A stretch of DNA of 63,716 nt, counting the filler, from Ministeria vibrans ATCC 50519 (taxonomy: Eukaryota; Protista; Filasterea): NCBI GenBank assembly GCA_943704425.1. It is 8 parts of 8 records of this genome, joined end to end, with 100 filler letters (N's around TTAATTAATTAA, not from the genome) between each part and the next. Parts side by side here need not be neighbours in the genome. Positions count along the whole stretch, not along the records: positions 1 to 28,443 come from CALSCP010001429.1; 7 more parts are not named here. One strand, 5' to 3'. Positions 11,426-25,617 of this stretch are shown here, one piece after another. Position 1 is the first letter of the stretch, and each line of letters opens with the position of its first letter. The notes below the pieces were generated by a model. That model was not told the origin of the DNA. It saw only the letters and a program-made list of their open reading frames with translations, and ran no database searches. Position numbers and translations under genes: made by a program.

Positions 11426-12450
11426 ATGTCGACCGAGCGTACCTACATCATGATCAAGCCCGACGGCGTCCAGCGTGGCCTCGTAAGCGCAGCCTGCCCG
11501 TCCCTTCGTCGCCTCGCCCTCCCTCGACTCTCTCTCTCTCTCTCTCCCACCCCCTCCGCTTCCCCTTGGCTTCCCGCCTGTCTGCGCATACACCAGCACA
11601 CCCAGTCCTCTCCATCTCATTCCTTGAATCATCCGCTTCCGCCCTCTTTCTTTCTTTCTTTCTTTCTTTCTTTTTTTTTTTCACTTTACACGTGTCAGCG
11701 TGCATCGCCCTTTTCCTCATCATCATGACTTCAGCGACGCCTCCCCGTGTGATATCCGCTCTATTGCGACGCAAGACACTGAACGTGTCTCCGTCTGCGG
11801 CCTTGTGTCGTGTGCAGTGGGTGCGTTTTGCTTTCCCTTCTCATCCGTCCCGTCCGCCTGTCTCGTCCATCGCTGACCTTGTTCGCCCTTGTTCTGTCTC
11901 GTTAGGTTGGCGAGATCATCAAGCGATTCGAGTCCAAGGGATTCAAGCTTGCTGCGCTCAAGATGACGACAGCGTCGGAGGAGCACCTCAAGAAGCACTA
12001 CGCCGACCTCAGCTCGAAGCCCTTCTTCGCGGGCCTTGTCAAGTACGCTGCGCCACGTCCACACCACTCCCTGCCTCTGACCCTCTCCGTCTCTCCCTTG
12101 TGTTTCTCTTCCGTCCAGGTACATGGCGAGCGGACCCGTCGTCTGCATGGTCTGGGAGGGCAAGAACGCCGTCAAGACTGGACGCGTCATGCTCGGCGAG
12201 ACCAACCCTGCCGACTCTCTGCCCGGCACCATCCGTGGTGACTTCGCCATCGACATTGGCCGGTAACTTCCGAATCAGACCTACCTCCCATTTCGTCGTA
12301 CTCACCCTTGATGTGTTTGTTTGCTTCAGCAACATCTGCCACGGTAGCGACGCTGTCGAGTCCGCCAAACACGAGATCGCTCTCTGGTTCTCCAAGGAGG
12401 AGATCAACTCGTGGGACCTGGTCACCAAGTCGCAGGTGTACGAAAAGTAG
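11426..12450 (+). CDS. NDK1: Nucleoside diphosphate kinase (group I)
   Basis: [35 protein letters not shown] (catalytic His); 4 exons. Confidence 0.97.
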
Positions 12451-12949
12451 ATAATGAACTATACAGTAACCATAATATTTTTAATAATAACAACACGAAT
12501 AATAATGATAATATTTTTTTCATTGATGCACATTGTTACAAGTCAACATGCTGCTCTCGCTCTCATCGGGAGTGTTGCCTAATGTATGTACCAATAACTC
12601 TATCGGCTATCGCGAACTGAGAAGACCCTTGGGCACCCCATCAAAGGTCCAGATAAAAAAGGGCACACACTATGAATACACTATTGGGTTTGGGTCTTGC
12701 ACACTTTCACTCCTCCCTCATTGTGGAACCTAATTCGTCAGAATACGGCATGACTCTTCACTCTTCAGCTCTGAAGTTTGAACCCTCCTTTGACTTTTTA
12801 CTCCCCAGAAGCAGCAGGTCCTGTTTTTTTGTCGGGTACGTTTCGGATGTGCACGATCCAAAATTCCCAAAAATAATAATCATTACAATTTTGTCATCTC
12901 CGTCTGCACTCTGCGTCTTTTCGCTTAATCTATAAACCTATAATACCAT

Positions 12950-14317
12950 ATGTCTGCACACACCATCACGACGCCCGAGGGCGAACCGTGCGACATGCAG
13001 TCGCGACAGGACACCAGCAGTACGACACATCGTCCTCTGAGGCGCCTCCTCCACAAGCCAAGGCCACGCCCCTCTAACCCCTCTTGCAGTTGAAACCCTT
13101 GAAGATATTGCCTTGGACGAGCCAACGCCCGTCAATAGCGAGCTGGAGGCGATCAGCGAAGCGGACGGTGAACTTTCGTCGCGCTCCTCTCCCTCCTGCG
13201 CCCCTGCCGCATCAGAGCGCCCCGTCGTCGTGCTCCCTGCTGCTCCCAACATTGTCACATCACCCACCACAGGCAAGAACCCACAAGCAGAGACACTGCG
13301 AGCGGAAAGTTTTCTTTTCATCATAATCATTTGTTTCACACAGTTTTGTACATTGTCTTGTTTTGACATTGAGTACAGCTCTCGATTCTATATTTATTTT
13401 CCTAATCATCTTTTATGTTGTCTGTTGTAGTGAAGAAGCCGCATCATAGTGTGCCACGACAGAACTCGCTTGTGCGATGTATGATCGAGCACAATCTGCC
13501 ACGATTCACATCGCACGACTTTGACAAGACGGTGCTCATTGAGAAGCGCGGTGGTGCGCGACTGGGTCTCACCCTCAGTCCCACGGGCGTGAATGCTGTT
13601 GTGCCGAGCGTCGTCGTCGCGTCCCTTGCCGAAGGATCGCCTGCAGCCGGAAAGGTACCAGCCGGGTGTTGCTTGTCTCACGGTGACACTCATATTCACC
13701 TTAATAGGTTGTGCCTGGCGATCAAATTTTGTCGGTCAACGGCCAATCGCTGGTGGGCCTTCCCTTTGACGAGGTCCTTGTCGTGTTTACCGGATGCAGT
13801 ATGGGACGTGAGGTCAAATTGGAGGTGAGAGTGGAGCAACTGCGACGACGCAACTGGACAACTAATCGTGTTATGATGATGAGATAGATTGTGGGCACAT
13901 CGGATGTAGTCAGTGTGACCCTGACCAAAACCACAACGGCAACGTCACTGGGCATGGAAATTCTCAGGGTACGTCAACACGATGGGCGGTCGTCGGGTCA
14001 GAGCTAGGGGTGGGGATTGACTTGTGAAGACTGTGTAGGACAAAGTCGTGAGTGTGCGTGAGGGGAGCTTGGCGGAACAGAACGGAATCAAGAAGGGCAG
14101 TCACTTGCTCGAGATCAACGGAAAGGTTGCTCTCCCGCTCCATTGTATGTATATCTTTTCTCACACCACATTTGCCCTTTCTCTTCAGAGCACCGCATCC
14201 ATGAGCCAATCCCAAATAGTCAAGCAGCTCAGCGAATCCGACGTGTGTGTCTTGAAAATTGTTTCGGCTGTTCTCTTTGATGCCATGTACTCCAACAAGG
14301 CAAAAACTGTCGTATAG
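12950..14317 (+). CDS. Mint/X11 (APBA/LIN-10)-like tandem PDZ protein lacking a PTB domain
   Basis: [36 protein letters not shown] and GSLAEQNGIKKGSHLLEINGK parallel Mint PDZ1 and PDZ2. C-terminus ends -TVV. Confidence 0.75.
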
Positions 14318-14506
14318 CTGTATCTCTCGTCCATGATCATTGATCCATCATTAATTAATTCGCATCATCTTCCCATAAACTTGTGCTCCTCAGAGCTTGT
14401 CTCAAAGAAATTGATTATTATGAGAGTCAGATTCAGTCAATGATAAATCGACTCGACTACAGAATTATTTTTTTTTTCATTTTTGACTTTTCACTCTTGT
14501 TCCATA

Positions 14507-15794
14507 ATGAGCATTGAATGGTCCCCCCACAACCCTTCGGAGTTTGTGGTCGCTCACAATAACGAACTTCGTCTCTGTCAAACGGCCGCACACCCCCATG
14601 AGAGCCCCACAGGTAACAAATAAAACAGTCGTCGACATTCTCACTCTCTCTCTCTCTCACTCTCTCTCTCTTTCTCTCTCTCTCCTCTGCCTCTCTCGCC
14701 GCATGCTACTCCTCCACCACCCCCAGTCATTGCCGCCTGCAGCGACATCCCCACTCGAAAGTGCATGGCGTGGTGCCTGGAGCCGACGCCGCGGCCGCTG
14801 CTGGCTGTGGGAAACGCGACGGGGCAAGTGTCGCTGGCGACCATCACCGGCGCCCCCCACTCCTCCGTGAAGACCGCGCCGCCCCACCTTGTCCTGTATG
14901 CGCCCATCCAAGAGCGCATGTGCACCATGGTCGCTTGGAACCCCGCCGCGCCCAGCCGTGTTGCCGCCTCGTACGCCGGTGCGCACAAAAGCTCCAGCAA
15001 CACCTTCTCGCTTCTCCTGTGGGACGTGAGCACCGTCTCGTCGTCCGCACTCTCTCAACGCCCCGTCGTCGAGGCGGTCAAGGGCGACTTGGTCAAGTCC
15101 TTTGCTTGGTTCCGTCACCAGTCACATCAAATGGTGGTGGGCGGCGGCAACAACAAGTGGCTGCGCATCTTCGACTTTCGCTCCATCAACACCCGTCTCG
15201 GCTCGTCCGACACGACCGCCGTCCACGGCGTCTGCGTCGATCCTTTTGACGAAAACTTTGTGTCAGCTTTCTCCTCTGTCGAAAATGCCATTCACACGTA
15301 CGACATGCGTTCCCTCACCAAACCCGTGCTGACCTTTCCGCTCAACACGCCCACCGGCCCCTTCGTCAAACTCGCCTACTCACCACACACTCGCGGCTGC
15401 CTTGCTTCCCTGAGCACAAACGACAATCGTGTGCGCTTCTGGGACTTGCTCTATGGTTCGGTTCTCCAAGGACTCGCCATGTCCCGTGAACAAGAGGAAC
15501 TCCTCCAGCAAGGCCTGCACCTCCAAATGCAGCACGACGGCCAGCACCAGTCTCTTCGACTCGACCTCGACCCCAGTGCATCCTCCATCTCCGCTGCGGC
15601 ACAGCGTCTTGCCGCCTCACACAACGGCGCCACTGCCCATGTCGACCCAACCTCCTCCACTCCTGCGGGTGCCACAGCAGCAGCTGACTCTCTCCTGTCC
15701 GCGTCCACTCTTGCTACCACTGCGCGACACCACCATCCCACCGCTACCAGCAGTTCCCTTCCCGACAATTGTACCAGCAGTGCTACTGCTACTC

Positions 15795-15829
<35 letters not shown>

Positions 15830-18166
15830 GCGTCGTCCTCTGCCTCCGTCCCCGTAGCGTCGCCCTTTGTACCCTCTCGTTCCTCCGCCTCCGCAACCAC
15901 CCCCATGTCGACGTCGCAGCCTCTTCACCACGCTCTCCATTCGCAGCAAGAGCAGCACTTTAGCCACATGCTTCTGGGCTGTAGCTGGGGCGGCCGTCGT
16001 CCCGTCGACGTTGTCTCCTTCGACTGGCACCCCTCCCATCGCGACGGTATTGCCGCACTCGCCTCCGACGGGACTGTCAACGCCATTTGGCGCGCCCATC
16101 GCCCCCCTAGTCTTACCTGGTCCCCCGCCGACGGCGTCATCTTCACTCAGGGCGACTCTCTCGTGCACATCCCCGATATCCAACTCAACTACTCGTACAC
16201 CAGTCTCACCGGTGCACACCACAGCCAGACGCAGTCTCAGGCGCACGACAACAACACGCCCACCGCCCCGCCGCTCAAAGGTGCCGCCGCTGCCCTGGCA
16301 GCCGTCCTCTCCACACAGTCCGACCAACCCACTACCAGCCCTCGTGCACCCCTCCTTCACCAACCCCGCTCGGCTTCAAAGAGCACTTCCTCCTCCGCCC
16401 TGCCCGCCCCGCCTTCGTTTCCTCTCGCTTCCTCGACCCTGGCCACGACCAAGAACCGCCCGCCCATTGTGCACCTTGCTTCCGACGAGCTCACTTCCGT
16501 CCAAGAAGTGCTTGCCGACGATCTGTCCACCGTCATGAAGCAGCGTGCACTCGCTGGCTACGGCCTCAACGTGGAGCGCAACATTCGCGTGCCTTTTCTC
16601 ACGCCGAATTTGCAACAGACGTGGAAGTGGCTGCGCGACGTCTCCGTTCTCAAACTGCCCGCTGCCGTTGTCGAAATTCAGCAGCAGCAAGGCCAGAGCC
16701 AGCAGCGTGCGCTGCACAGCACCGACGGCGTCGCCGCTCTGCTCTCCGCGTCACCCTCCCCCTCCCAGTCCCTAGCCCCGTCCGCCCACAACGTTCTCGC
16801 TTTCCCCCGCTTTGCATCGCCCATGCGCTCACTTCTTGCACACGTCTGCGGTTGGACTTTTATCGATCACCCCAAGCGTGTCTTTGAGGCACACCTCTCG
16901 CGCCTCGAGCATCAAGGTCACTACGCCGAGGCTGCAACACTCGCGCTTTTTCAGCTTGACATGCCACGTGCCCTGCGTTCCCTTGCCGACGGCGCAACCA
17001 AACTACGTCGTGAGAACCTCCCCGACGAAGCCGACATGCTCGCCCTCATGCAATTGGCACTCTCCGGCTTTGTCAATGCAGCCGCACGCGAAGAACTCGA
17101 TCAGCAGCAGCAACAACAGCCGTCGCCACCTCAACCCAAGGGCACAACATCGCACAAGAAGACCAAAAAGGTCCATCCGACGGCAACGTCCATCTGGGCG
17201 GATTCGGTCGCCCACGTCTGCTCCACCGTGCGCGACCCCCATCTGCGAGCGGCTCTTGGGTTCCTGAGCGACCGTGCAGTCGACTCCTCAACGCGCTCGT
17301 ATCGTCTGGTTACGCGTGAGCGCGCTCTGCCTCTTAGCGACCGCATTGCCTTTGCCAGCGTATTCCTCAGCGATTCGTCTCTCTCCATGTTTGTGCGTGA
17401 GCTTGTACACGAAGTGGTTGGTGCAGGCGACCTCAAGGGCATTCTGGTGACGGGGCTGGGTGAGCATCTGGGAGATCTGCTGCAGCGCTACGTGGACCGC
17501 ACAGGCGATTGCCAGACGGCAAGTCTGCTTGTCAGTCTGCGCGAGGTCACGCCCACCGCGCGCGCCGCTCAGTGGGTCTCCACCTACCGCGACCTGCTTG
17601 ACACTTGGCAACTGTGGCACGTGCGCGCTCAGTTTGACATTGCTCGCCGTCGATGTGCCCTCACGCCTCTCACTCGGCCCTCTCCGCAGGTCTTTGTCAA
17701 ATGCAACTTCTGTGGTACCAGCATTACCGCCGTGAGCGCTCCCAAACGCAAGGCAGGTGGACCAGCAGGGCCCAGTAGTGCTGGCGGTGGTGCGCATGGG
17801 GCGGGACCCGCTGTGCGCTCCAACGCCGGTCCGCCAACGGGTGCATCTCTGTCGGCCTGCCGTGGATGCAAGCAAACGGTACCCCGTTGCTCGGTGTGCC
17901 TAATGTTGCTGGGCACGAGCAGTCGGGCGCCCGAGAAGCCTGCTGGCGGCGAGGGTGAAACGGCCGTCGAGAGCGACGAGCACCAGCAAAAGCGCCCGTA
18001 TGCGTCGCTCGAGCGCTGGTTTGCCTGGTGTCAGTCGTGTCGTCACGGAGGCCACGCAGGCCACCTGTCCGAGTGGTTCGCCTCACACTCAGTGTGCCCT
18101 GTTGCAAGCTGCCGTTGCTGCTGTCGCATCGCCAGTCTTGGTGTGGCCACTGCCACTTCCGAGTGA
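14507..18166 (+). CDS. MIOS: GATOR2 subunit MIOS (Mio/Sea4)
   Basis: IEWSPH, SDIPTRKCMAW..LLAVGNATGQV WD40 start, YVDRTGDCQTA, and C-terminal CNFC...PRCSVC...WFAWCQSCRHGGHAGH zinc region. One intron about 14613-14726. Confidence 0.95.
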
Positions 18167-18222
18167 AGTGTCTCTCTCAATTACTTTTTCTAATTTTTCT
18201 CATTTGTAAGTAGTAAACTTTT

Positions 18223-18268
<46 letters not shown>

Positions 18269-18284
18269 TCGACGTGGTGATCGA

Positions 18285-19199
18285 TCAGTAGAGCGACGAC
18301 TTCTTCATGATGCGCAGAAAATCGTCCTCGGTGACCTCTCCGTCGCCATCTCGGTCCGCCTCATCAATCATCTCCTGCAGCTCTTCGTCCGTCAGTGTCT
18401 CACCTACACACACCCGAGATAACGTTGAGATTTCCCACCCTTGATCTTGACCTATACATACCTAGCTCTTTTGCAACCCTTTTGAGGTTCTTAAACGTAA
18501 TGCGTCCCGTCTTGTCGTCGTCAAAGAGCGCAAATGCCTTGAGTATGTCCTCCTTGCTGTCCTTCTCGCTCATTTTCACCGACATGATGTCGAGAAACTC
18601 GTTGAAATCAATCTGACCACTGCCCGTACGATCCACCTCGTCCACCATCCTTTTGAGTTCGTCGCGCTTCGGCTCAAACCCCAAGGCGCGCATCGCCACC
18701 TTGAGCTCCTTCGCGTCAATCGTGCCCGACCCGTCCGTGTCAAACAGATCAAATGCCTCCCGAATCTCCCCCTTCTGCTCTTCCGTCAGCTCGGGCCGCG
18801 AACCTACGAGTTGTTCGGTGCAGTCTCAGCAGAAGGTGTGTGTGTGTGTGTGTGTGTGTGCGTGTGTGTGTGTGGCAACAGCCAAAACAACCAAAACAAT
18901 GACTGTCTCTCTTCTCGCTCTCTTCTCGCTCTCTCTCTCTCGCTCGCTGTCAGTCCATCGCCCAGAAACTCACCTGCTTTCTTCCGCTGTGGCACACTCG
19001 CGGTGCCTTGTGACTTTGCGTGTGACCTGGACTGTAACGAAAGACAACAAGAGAGAAATTTCAAAAAAAAAACATTATTTTGACAGGTTGTCAAATAGTG
19101 AGCAACGCTCATCGAATGAACAGCCACGGGACTTCGAAAAGACTACACAGGTTTCCTCGTGGGCGCCCACACAGGAAGAGCAGCCGCACTGCGTACCAT
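18285..19199 (-). CDS. CETN2: Centrin (caltractin)
   Basis: [42 protein letters not shown]...[11 protein letters not shown]; ATG directly followed by an intron. Confidence 0.93.
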
Positions 19200-19415
19200 T
19201 GAAGTGGAAGAGAGAAATTTGAGAGATTTGGAGCAACAGTGGAGGCGAGACTCGCTTGGGCTTAGTGTCGATAGCACACCGTAGGGTGATTTAGTGGCTC
19301 AAGAATTCGAAGAAGACTGAAGAACTAAGAACTGCCGTACGAAGTCTCATCTCAGAAGTGAAATTTTAATTAGATCAAACAATTGCAGTTTCGCACAGTT
19401 TTATTTTTTTACGTC

Positions 19416-21495
19416 ATGACGACGCTGACGATCTCCTTTGGCTCTGATGTTAGTCATGTACAGTTTATGCTCACGAGAGAAAGCATTGCAGAGCGCGAAC
19501 CGGACTCGATACTGCTCGACGGCGATGCCAACACGCTCTGCTACGATCGGGATCCGCAGTTGTTTGCAGCGCTCTACTTGTACCTCCGCTCTGCCTCGGT
19601 GCCCCTCTCAGAGTCGTCGCACCATCTTGACAACCTCATCAAAGGTGTGTATGTTACTTGCGTGTGGTGTCCTTGTCTGACTTGCACTCCTCCTTTCGCC
19701 TTCGTCGTCCGAAGAAGCCGAGTTCTTCAACATGCGCGTGCTCGCACGCCAGCTCGAGGCACAGCGCCCGGCGCTCACACACATCAGCAACGCCCAACTG
19801 CTGGAGCACATTATGACGTGTCCTATTACAAGACTGCCCAGCTGTGACCTGCGCGCCCTCAAACTCACTTACTTCCGCTTTGGTGACCATTCACAGATGC
19901 CCCTGTGCATTTTCAGTGGCATGGATTTGCGCGGTGTCACTTTGCGCAAATGTTCGCTCCGTGGCGCACGTCTGGACCGCTGTCGTTTGGAAGACGCCTC
20001 ATTTGTCGAGTGTGATCTTCGCGAAGTTCACCTTGAGCACAGTGTGTGTGACGGTGTCAACTTGACTGACTCAACGCTGGATTGCGCTCGCGCGTCATTT
20101 GTCTCCTTCAAACGCGCGACGCTTGATCGCGCGTCGTTTGCGTCGGCCACTTTGAAAGGTGCTTCTTTCGTGGACGCCACTGTGCACAATGCCAATTTCA
20201 CGGATGCTATGCTAGTGTCGAGTATCTGCTCGGCCTCCGACATGGTGGGCAGTCGGTTCGGGGGAGCCGCTCTTGACAACGTGCTCTTTCACCAAACACT
20301 CCTGGACGGGTGCCAGTTCAGCGACACTACCGCACTGGTCGGCGCCGATTTCTTTCATGCATCGCTTTCCCTGGCTACTCTTCCTCTTGATCTGACAACC
20401 GCCAAGCGCTGGTCCGCATCATCTTTTGTCGGAACGTGTCTCCGCGAGCGAAACTGCCAAGGCTGCAATTTTGACGACGCCGACTTTACTGGCGCCGATC
20501 TCACCGAGGCGCGTCTTGGTGAATGTACCCTCACTGGAGCTGTGTTTACCAATGCTGTGCTTGAACGCGCCCTGTTGCCATCTGGTGATGCCCTGGCCAA
20601 AGCGGTAGCATGGACAGGTGCAGTACTTCGCGAATGTGACCTCTCGCGCGTGTCGCTTGCCGAATGCGACATGTCGCACGCAGACTTTTCAAATGCACGC
20701 TTTAGCAATATTGACGACGCGTGCACATGCAACATTGAGCGTACAACGTTTGCTTACGCCATCTTTTGCAACGCTCGCATGCCATTGTCGCTTGCCCCAG
20801 CCGCCTCTTGGGTGCATGCTCAGTTGGCGCATGTTGACCTGAGCAGCCGCGATCTCGCCCACTGTGCGCTCGCCGGAGCACATCTCCAGTGTGCCAACCT
20901 CTTCAATGCGAACATAACAGCGACAGATTTTACCGACGCCAATGTCTCGCAGGCCATCCTGCCGCTTGATTTGTCTCCAGCACAATCGTGGCTCCGCGCC
21001 ACCTTTGACAAGTGTGACTTGACGGGACGCCTCCTGAACGCGATCGATTTTTCACACGCGAGTTTTACAGGTGCCACACTCACACTCGCCTCGGTGGACC
21101 AGGCTACCTTTTTCCAAGCTCGATTTGACACTGCCATCCTTCCGATGGACATGAGCGCAGCGAAGACATGGCAGGGCGCCTCCTTGCGCGCCACCGTGCT
21201 CATCGGTCGCAACCTGTCCCATTGCAACCTGATTGGCGCCGATCTAAGCGACGCTGATCTCACATACGCCATTCTTACAGACTGTTGCATGCGTGACGCC
21301 TGTTTGGACGGTGTGCGCCCGCCATACGCTGTGCCTTGTGTGTGGTGCAAGCGAAACGGCGTCCACCACAAGTACGCCTTGGACACTCTCAAGGCGTCGG
21401 GTACGCCTCGCCATGTCGTCCACGGCTGTCTCTACGGAGCCTGTGAAAAGCACAAAGGGAACACCTTCTTTGGCTACTCTCGAGTCCTTGAGTGA
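19416..21495 (+). CDS. BTB/POZ (T1-type) plus pentapeptide-repeat protein (KCTD9-like)
   Basis: DRDPQLF..LY.YLR...EAEFF BTB motif, then long A(D/N)LxxA-type pentapeptide repeats; one intron. Confidence 0.85.
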
Positions 21496-21901
21496 AAGGG
21501 AGTGGTAAGAGATTATTCATGTAAAATTAAATATTATTATAGTACTATTATTATAAATAATTTTTATTATTTTTTCTCTCTTTCGCTTCTGACTTGCTTT
21601 GTTGTTTTTATTTGCAATTTTGACGACTGACAGCGAGTTGAATCGACGTTAGATTGAACACTTCCGTTTTTATTGCACCCAACTTTAATTTGTTCAGGTG
21701 AGAGACAGCCTCAATTTCTTCACGCAACTGTACTTCATGCGCACTTTTACAAATGAATACGCCTGCAGTGCAGTCCACCACACGTGTTCCGACTCTTTTT
21801 ATTTAAAAAAGAAAAAAAAAAACTCATCACATAGCAACCCAAAAAATAACCTACTCAAATCAACTTCAAAATAGAGACATCTTCGACGCCGGTGCCGTTG
21901 C

Positions 21902-24900
21902 ATGCTACGAAGCCACATTGAATTTACCTCTGGATCGGGTCTCTCGCGATTTGAACATTCCCACGTCGTTCAGGGCACCGGCGGAAGCTTTGAAAGTTCA
22001 ACGCATCGTCGAACCGTCGGAAACGGCCAAGCGCTTGCTGCTACAACCCCAAACGCAGTCAGCATGACCTCTCGATCATCCCTTTCGTCTGCTGTAAGAC
22101 CTTGTTTATCCAGCGACTGTTCCACATATCAACCGTGACACTGATTGACTTTTTGAATTTGATTTGATAATAATATTATTATGTTTTTTTTTTCTTTTCT
22201 GTTTGTAGCGACCCCCCGTTCGCGCTGCCCCGGCAGCACCCGTGGCGCCCCTGCGCCGCACAATGCCTCCAGTCAGTGCACTGGCCCCTTTTGCCACCAG
22301 TCAAGTTGGCATGGGTCACGCGGTGAGTGCTCCACCACCTGTGGCCAGCCTGCCCTCGCGAGACCTCTCCAAAATTTACCATGCTCCTAACGACCCCCAC
22401 CTCAAGGTACGACAGCTTTTATGACGCTACCGCCTTGACCCTTCTAGTTCTTTCGTAGAATTTCTACGCTCGCAAGAGCACAAGTCGCCCAAGTAGTGCC
22501 GCCACTGCTCCACTCGCAGCTCGCACTGCGCCAGGTCCACGCACCACCGGCACCTCCACGTCGAAGCCGACAAATTCTACCTCAACACGGGCCTGCACCG
22601 CCACCACTGCGCCACGACCGACTACTGCGCCTGTAACCAAAAAGACAACAAAGCCGGCCAAGCACACTGACCGCGATCAGCCGTGTGGGTATCGCATCAA
22701 AATCACAACAGGTGAAGTTCACTAATAATATTAATAATAATAATAATAATTATTATTATTATTATTATTATTATTTTATTAATTATTTATTATTCTTATA
22801 ATTATTCTTTTTATTTATATTGTCTAGGTTCCGAGAAAGGACATGGCACCAACGCAACGGTACACTCGACGCTGTTTGGCGACAAAGGCCAGGGTCCACG
22901 GACGTTGCTGAAGAACGAAGACATCAATTTCAAAGAGGGCTCCGTCGACGTTTTCGACTTGGTGGCCCCCAAGGATCTCGGACAGCTGACGAAAGTAAAG
23001 CTGGAGAGCGACGGACTCAAGGCAAGCGACAGCTGGTTTGTCGATGAGATATCTGTCAAGAACTGTGTCGACAAGACTCGCACGGCGTTCACGGCCCAGC
23101 AGTGGCTCAGCACGAGCGAAGGCGACAAGAAGACAACCCGCACTTTTTACGCTCACCGCGAACGCACCACCGCTGAGTATGAAGTCTCGGTGGAGACATC
23201 GGACGTGCGAGGAGCAGGCACAGACGCCAACGTCTTCATGACGCTGGTCTCAGGCGAGACTGGCGAGAGCACAGGCAAGCACCGGCTGCACCGCAGTGGG
23301 GGAAACGCCTTTGAGCGCGGGCGCACGGACGCATTTACGCTCACGCTGCCCGACGTGGGGCCCCTGTTGGGTGGAAAGGGCCTTCTGCGCATCGAACACG
23401 ACGACTCTGGTCCCAACAGTGGATGGCATCTCAATCGTGTCGTCGTTGTCAACAATTCGTCAAGTATGAGAAAATTAATAATTATTAATTTTAATTAGAG
23501 TCAATAACAATAATAATTATTATTATTATTTCAATTGTTATTCAAAGTAAAGAAAGAAAAACAGTGCTTCTAATAAAAAAAAACTCTGCGTAGAGGAACG
23601 AGTGTACTTCAACTGCAACAAGTGGTTGTCACGCACAGACGGGGACCATCAGATTGTGCGTGAGATTGTGGGCACCAAAGATGCCACGACGGTCGTACCC
23701 TCGCACGTCTACACTGTCACCTGCGTCACTGGCAAGAAACGAGGTGCAGGTAAGTGCAGCAGAGAGTTAATCGTGGCACACAAGCGACGGAGCCTAATCA
23801 TGGTCATGTGTCGATGTAGGCACCGACGCAAACGTGTTTATTGAGTTGTTTGGCGAGAAGGGCCGCAGTGGCGAGCGTCAGTTGTCCAAGGCGGGAGCTA
23901 CCAACTGCTTTGAAAAGGGCAATGAGGATGCCTTTGGGGTGGAGTGTGCGCGCTCACTGGGCAAACTCACACAGGTGAAGTTGCGTCACGACAACTCAGG
24001 TGCGGGCAGTGCGTGGTACGTAGAGGAGGTGCGCGTGACAGAGGGTGCGGTCGACGCAGATGGCCCGTCGAAGGGAAAGGGAAGCGCGTCGAAGAAGAAG
24101 AAGACGCACGAGTGGGTATTTGGTTGCCGGTCGTGGCTCGCAACCGACGAAGGAGATGGTCAGATTGCGCGCACGCTCATTGAGGGACAGGAAAGCGCAC
24201 TCACCGTCAAGACACACCCATACCGAGTGCGCACGTACACCAGCGACAAGCGAAACGCAGGCACAGACGCAAATGTATTTGTGGAGTTGATGGGAACTGA
24301 GGTATGCAAAAAAAGTTCTGCAAATCCGATAGAGACAAAGACTCGCTGCTGATCCTCTGCACCATATATTTGAAATATTATATATTAGGGAAATTCGTCG
24401 GGAAAGACGATGCTCAAGAAGAACGAAAAGGGAATGTCAAACAAGTTTGAGCGAGGACACATAGACGAGTTTATTGTCGAGTGTGCGTCGCTAGGCGACG
24501 CTCTGACGGCACTGCGCGTTGGCCACGACGGGCGTCACGTCGGAGCGGGTAATCCATGATACATCTGCACGATTCAATCAAGATCGTCTGACTCTCACTC
24601 TCTATGGTCACTTGCGGCCTCTTCCCTCTCGTGACCTTAGGCTGGCGGTTGGACAAGGTCGAAGTAGACTGTCCCGATATTGGAAAGACGTTTACCTTTC
24701 CCGCAGATCGGGTAAAACAAAACAATAATTAAAGTATTCTTAATTGTTCAGCAAACTCGCTGTTGTTATTGAATGGTAGTGGCTTGACGACGAAAAGGGC
24801 GACGGTCTGATTGAAGTGGAACTGTTTCCCACGAGCGACGTGCGGGAGTTTCGGGCGCGCCTGCCATGGATAGCGACGGTGCACACGGCCGATGAGCGCA

Positions 24901-25572
24901 GTGCAGGGACCGATGCGAACGTGTTCATTAAGCTCTACGGTACCTTCTCATACACTCGATCTGCCTTTTGTTTGTATATTCTCCTTTCCAATTGTTTTTT
25001 TCTTCCGGCTCTTTCTTTCTCTCTCTTTACTCACGATTTTTGTTTGTGCCGTGTCAGGCACCAAGGGACAGAGCGATGAGATTGCGCTGCGGAGCAAGAG
25101 CGATGCCTTTGAGCGCAATGCCATTGACCACGTCAAGTTTGAAAGTGACCCTATTGGACGACCCATCAAACTGCGCGTCTGGCACGACGGAACGGGTCGC
25201 AACGCCGGTTGGAAACTCAGTCGCATTGTGCTAGAAAGTCCCAAGGGAAAGTTGGTATGTTTCCATATATATGTAGTCTCGTCATGTCATGACATCAGCT
25301 ATGGTTTCTTTGAGTGCGTATATGTAAAATAATGATTAATTTAATTATTCTGATGTTTTTCTTTCTATGTGTGTGTCTGTTGTGCAGTATGAATTCCCAT
25401 GCAACGAGTGGCTTGCGCGCTCTGAGGGAGACGGAGAAATTGTGCGGGAGCTACCAGCGGAGGGGGACCATGTCAAGGAAGCGCGCTTGGTCGACACGTA
25501 CAAGGTGTCAGTCGTGACCGGAAAAGAAAAGGGTAATGATGCTCTTCTTCAACGCGCTCAGTTGAAAAACAA

Positions 25573-25617
<45 letters not shown>

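Noticed and set aside
21826-21908. RFX X-box-like sequences near the LOXHD1 start (ATAGCAAC, GTTGCATGCTAC)
   Set aside because: Only a half-site and an imperfect match; cannot be distinguished from chance
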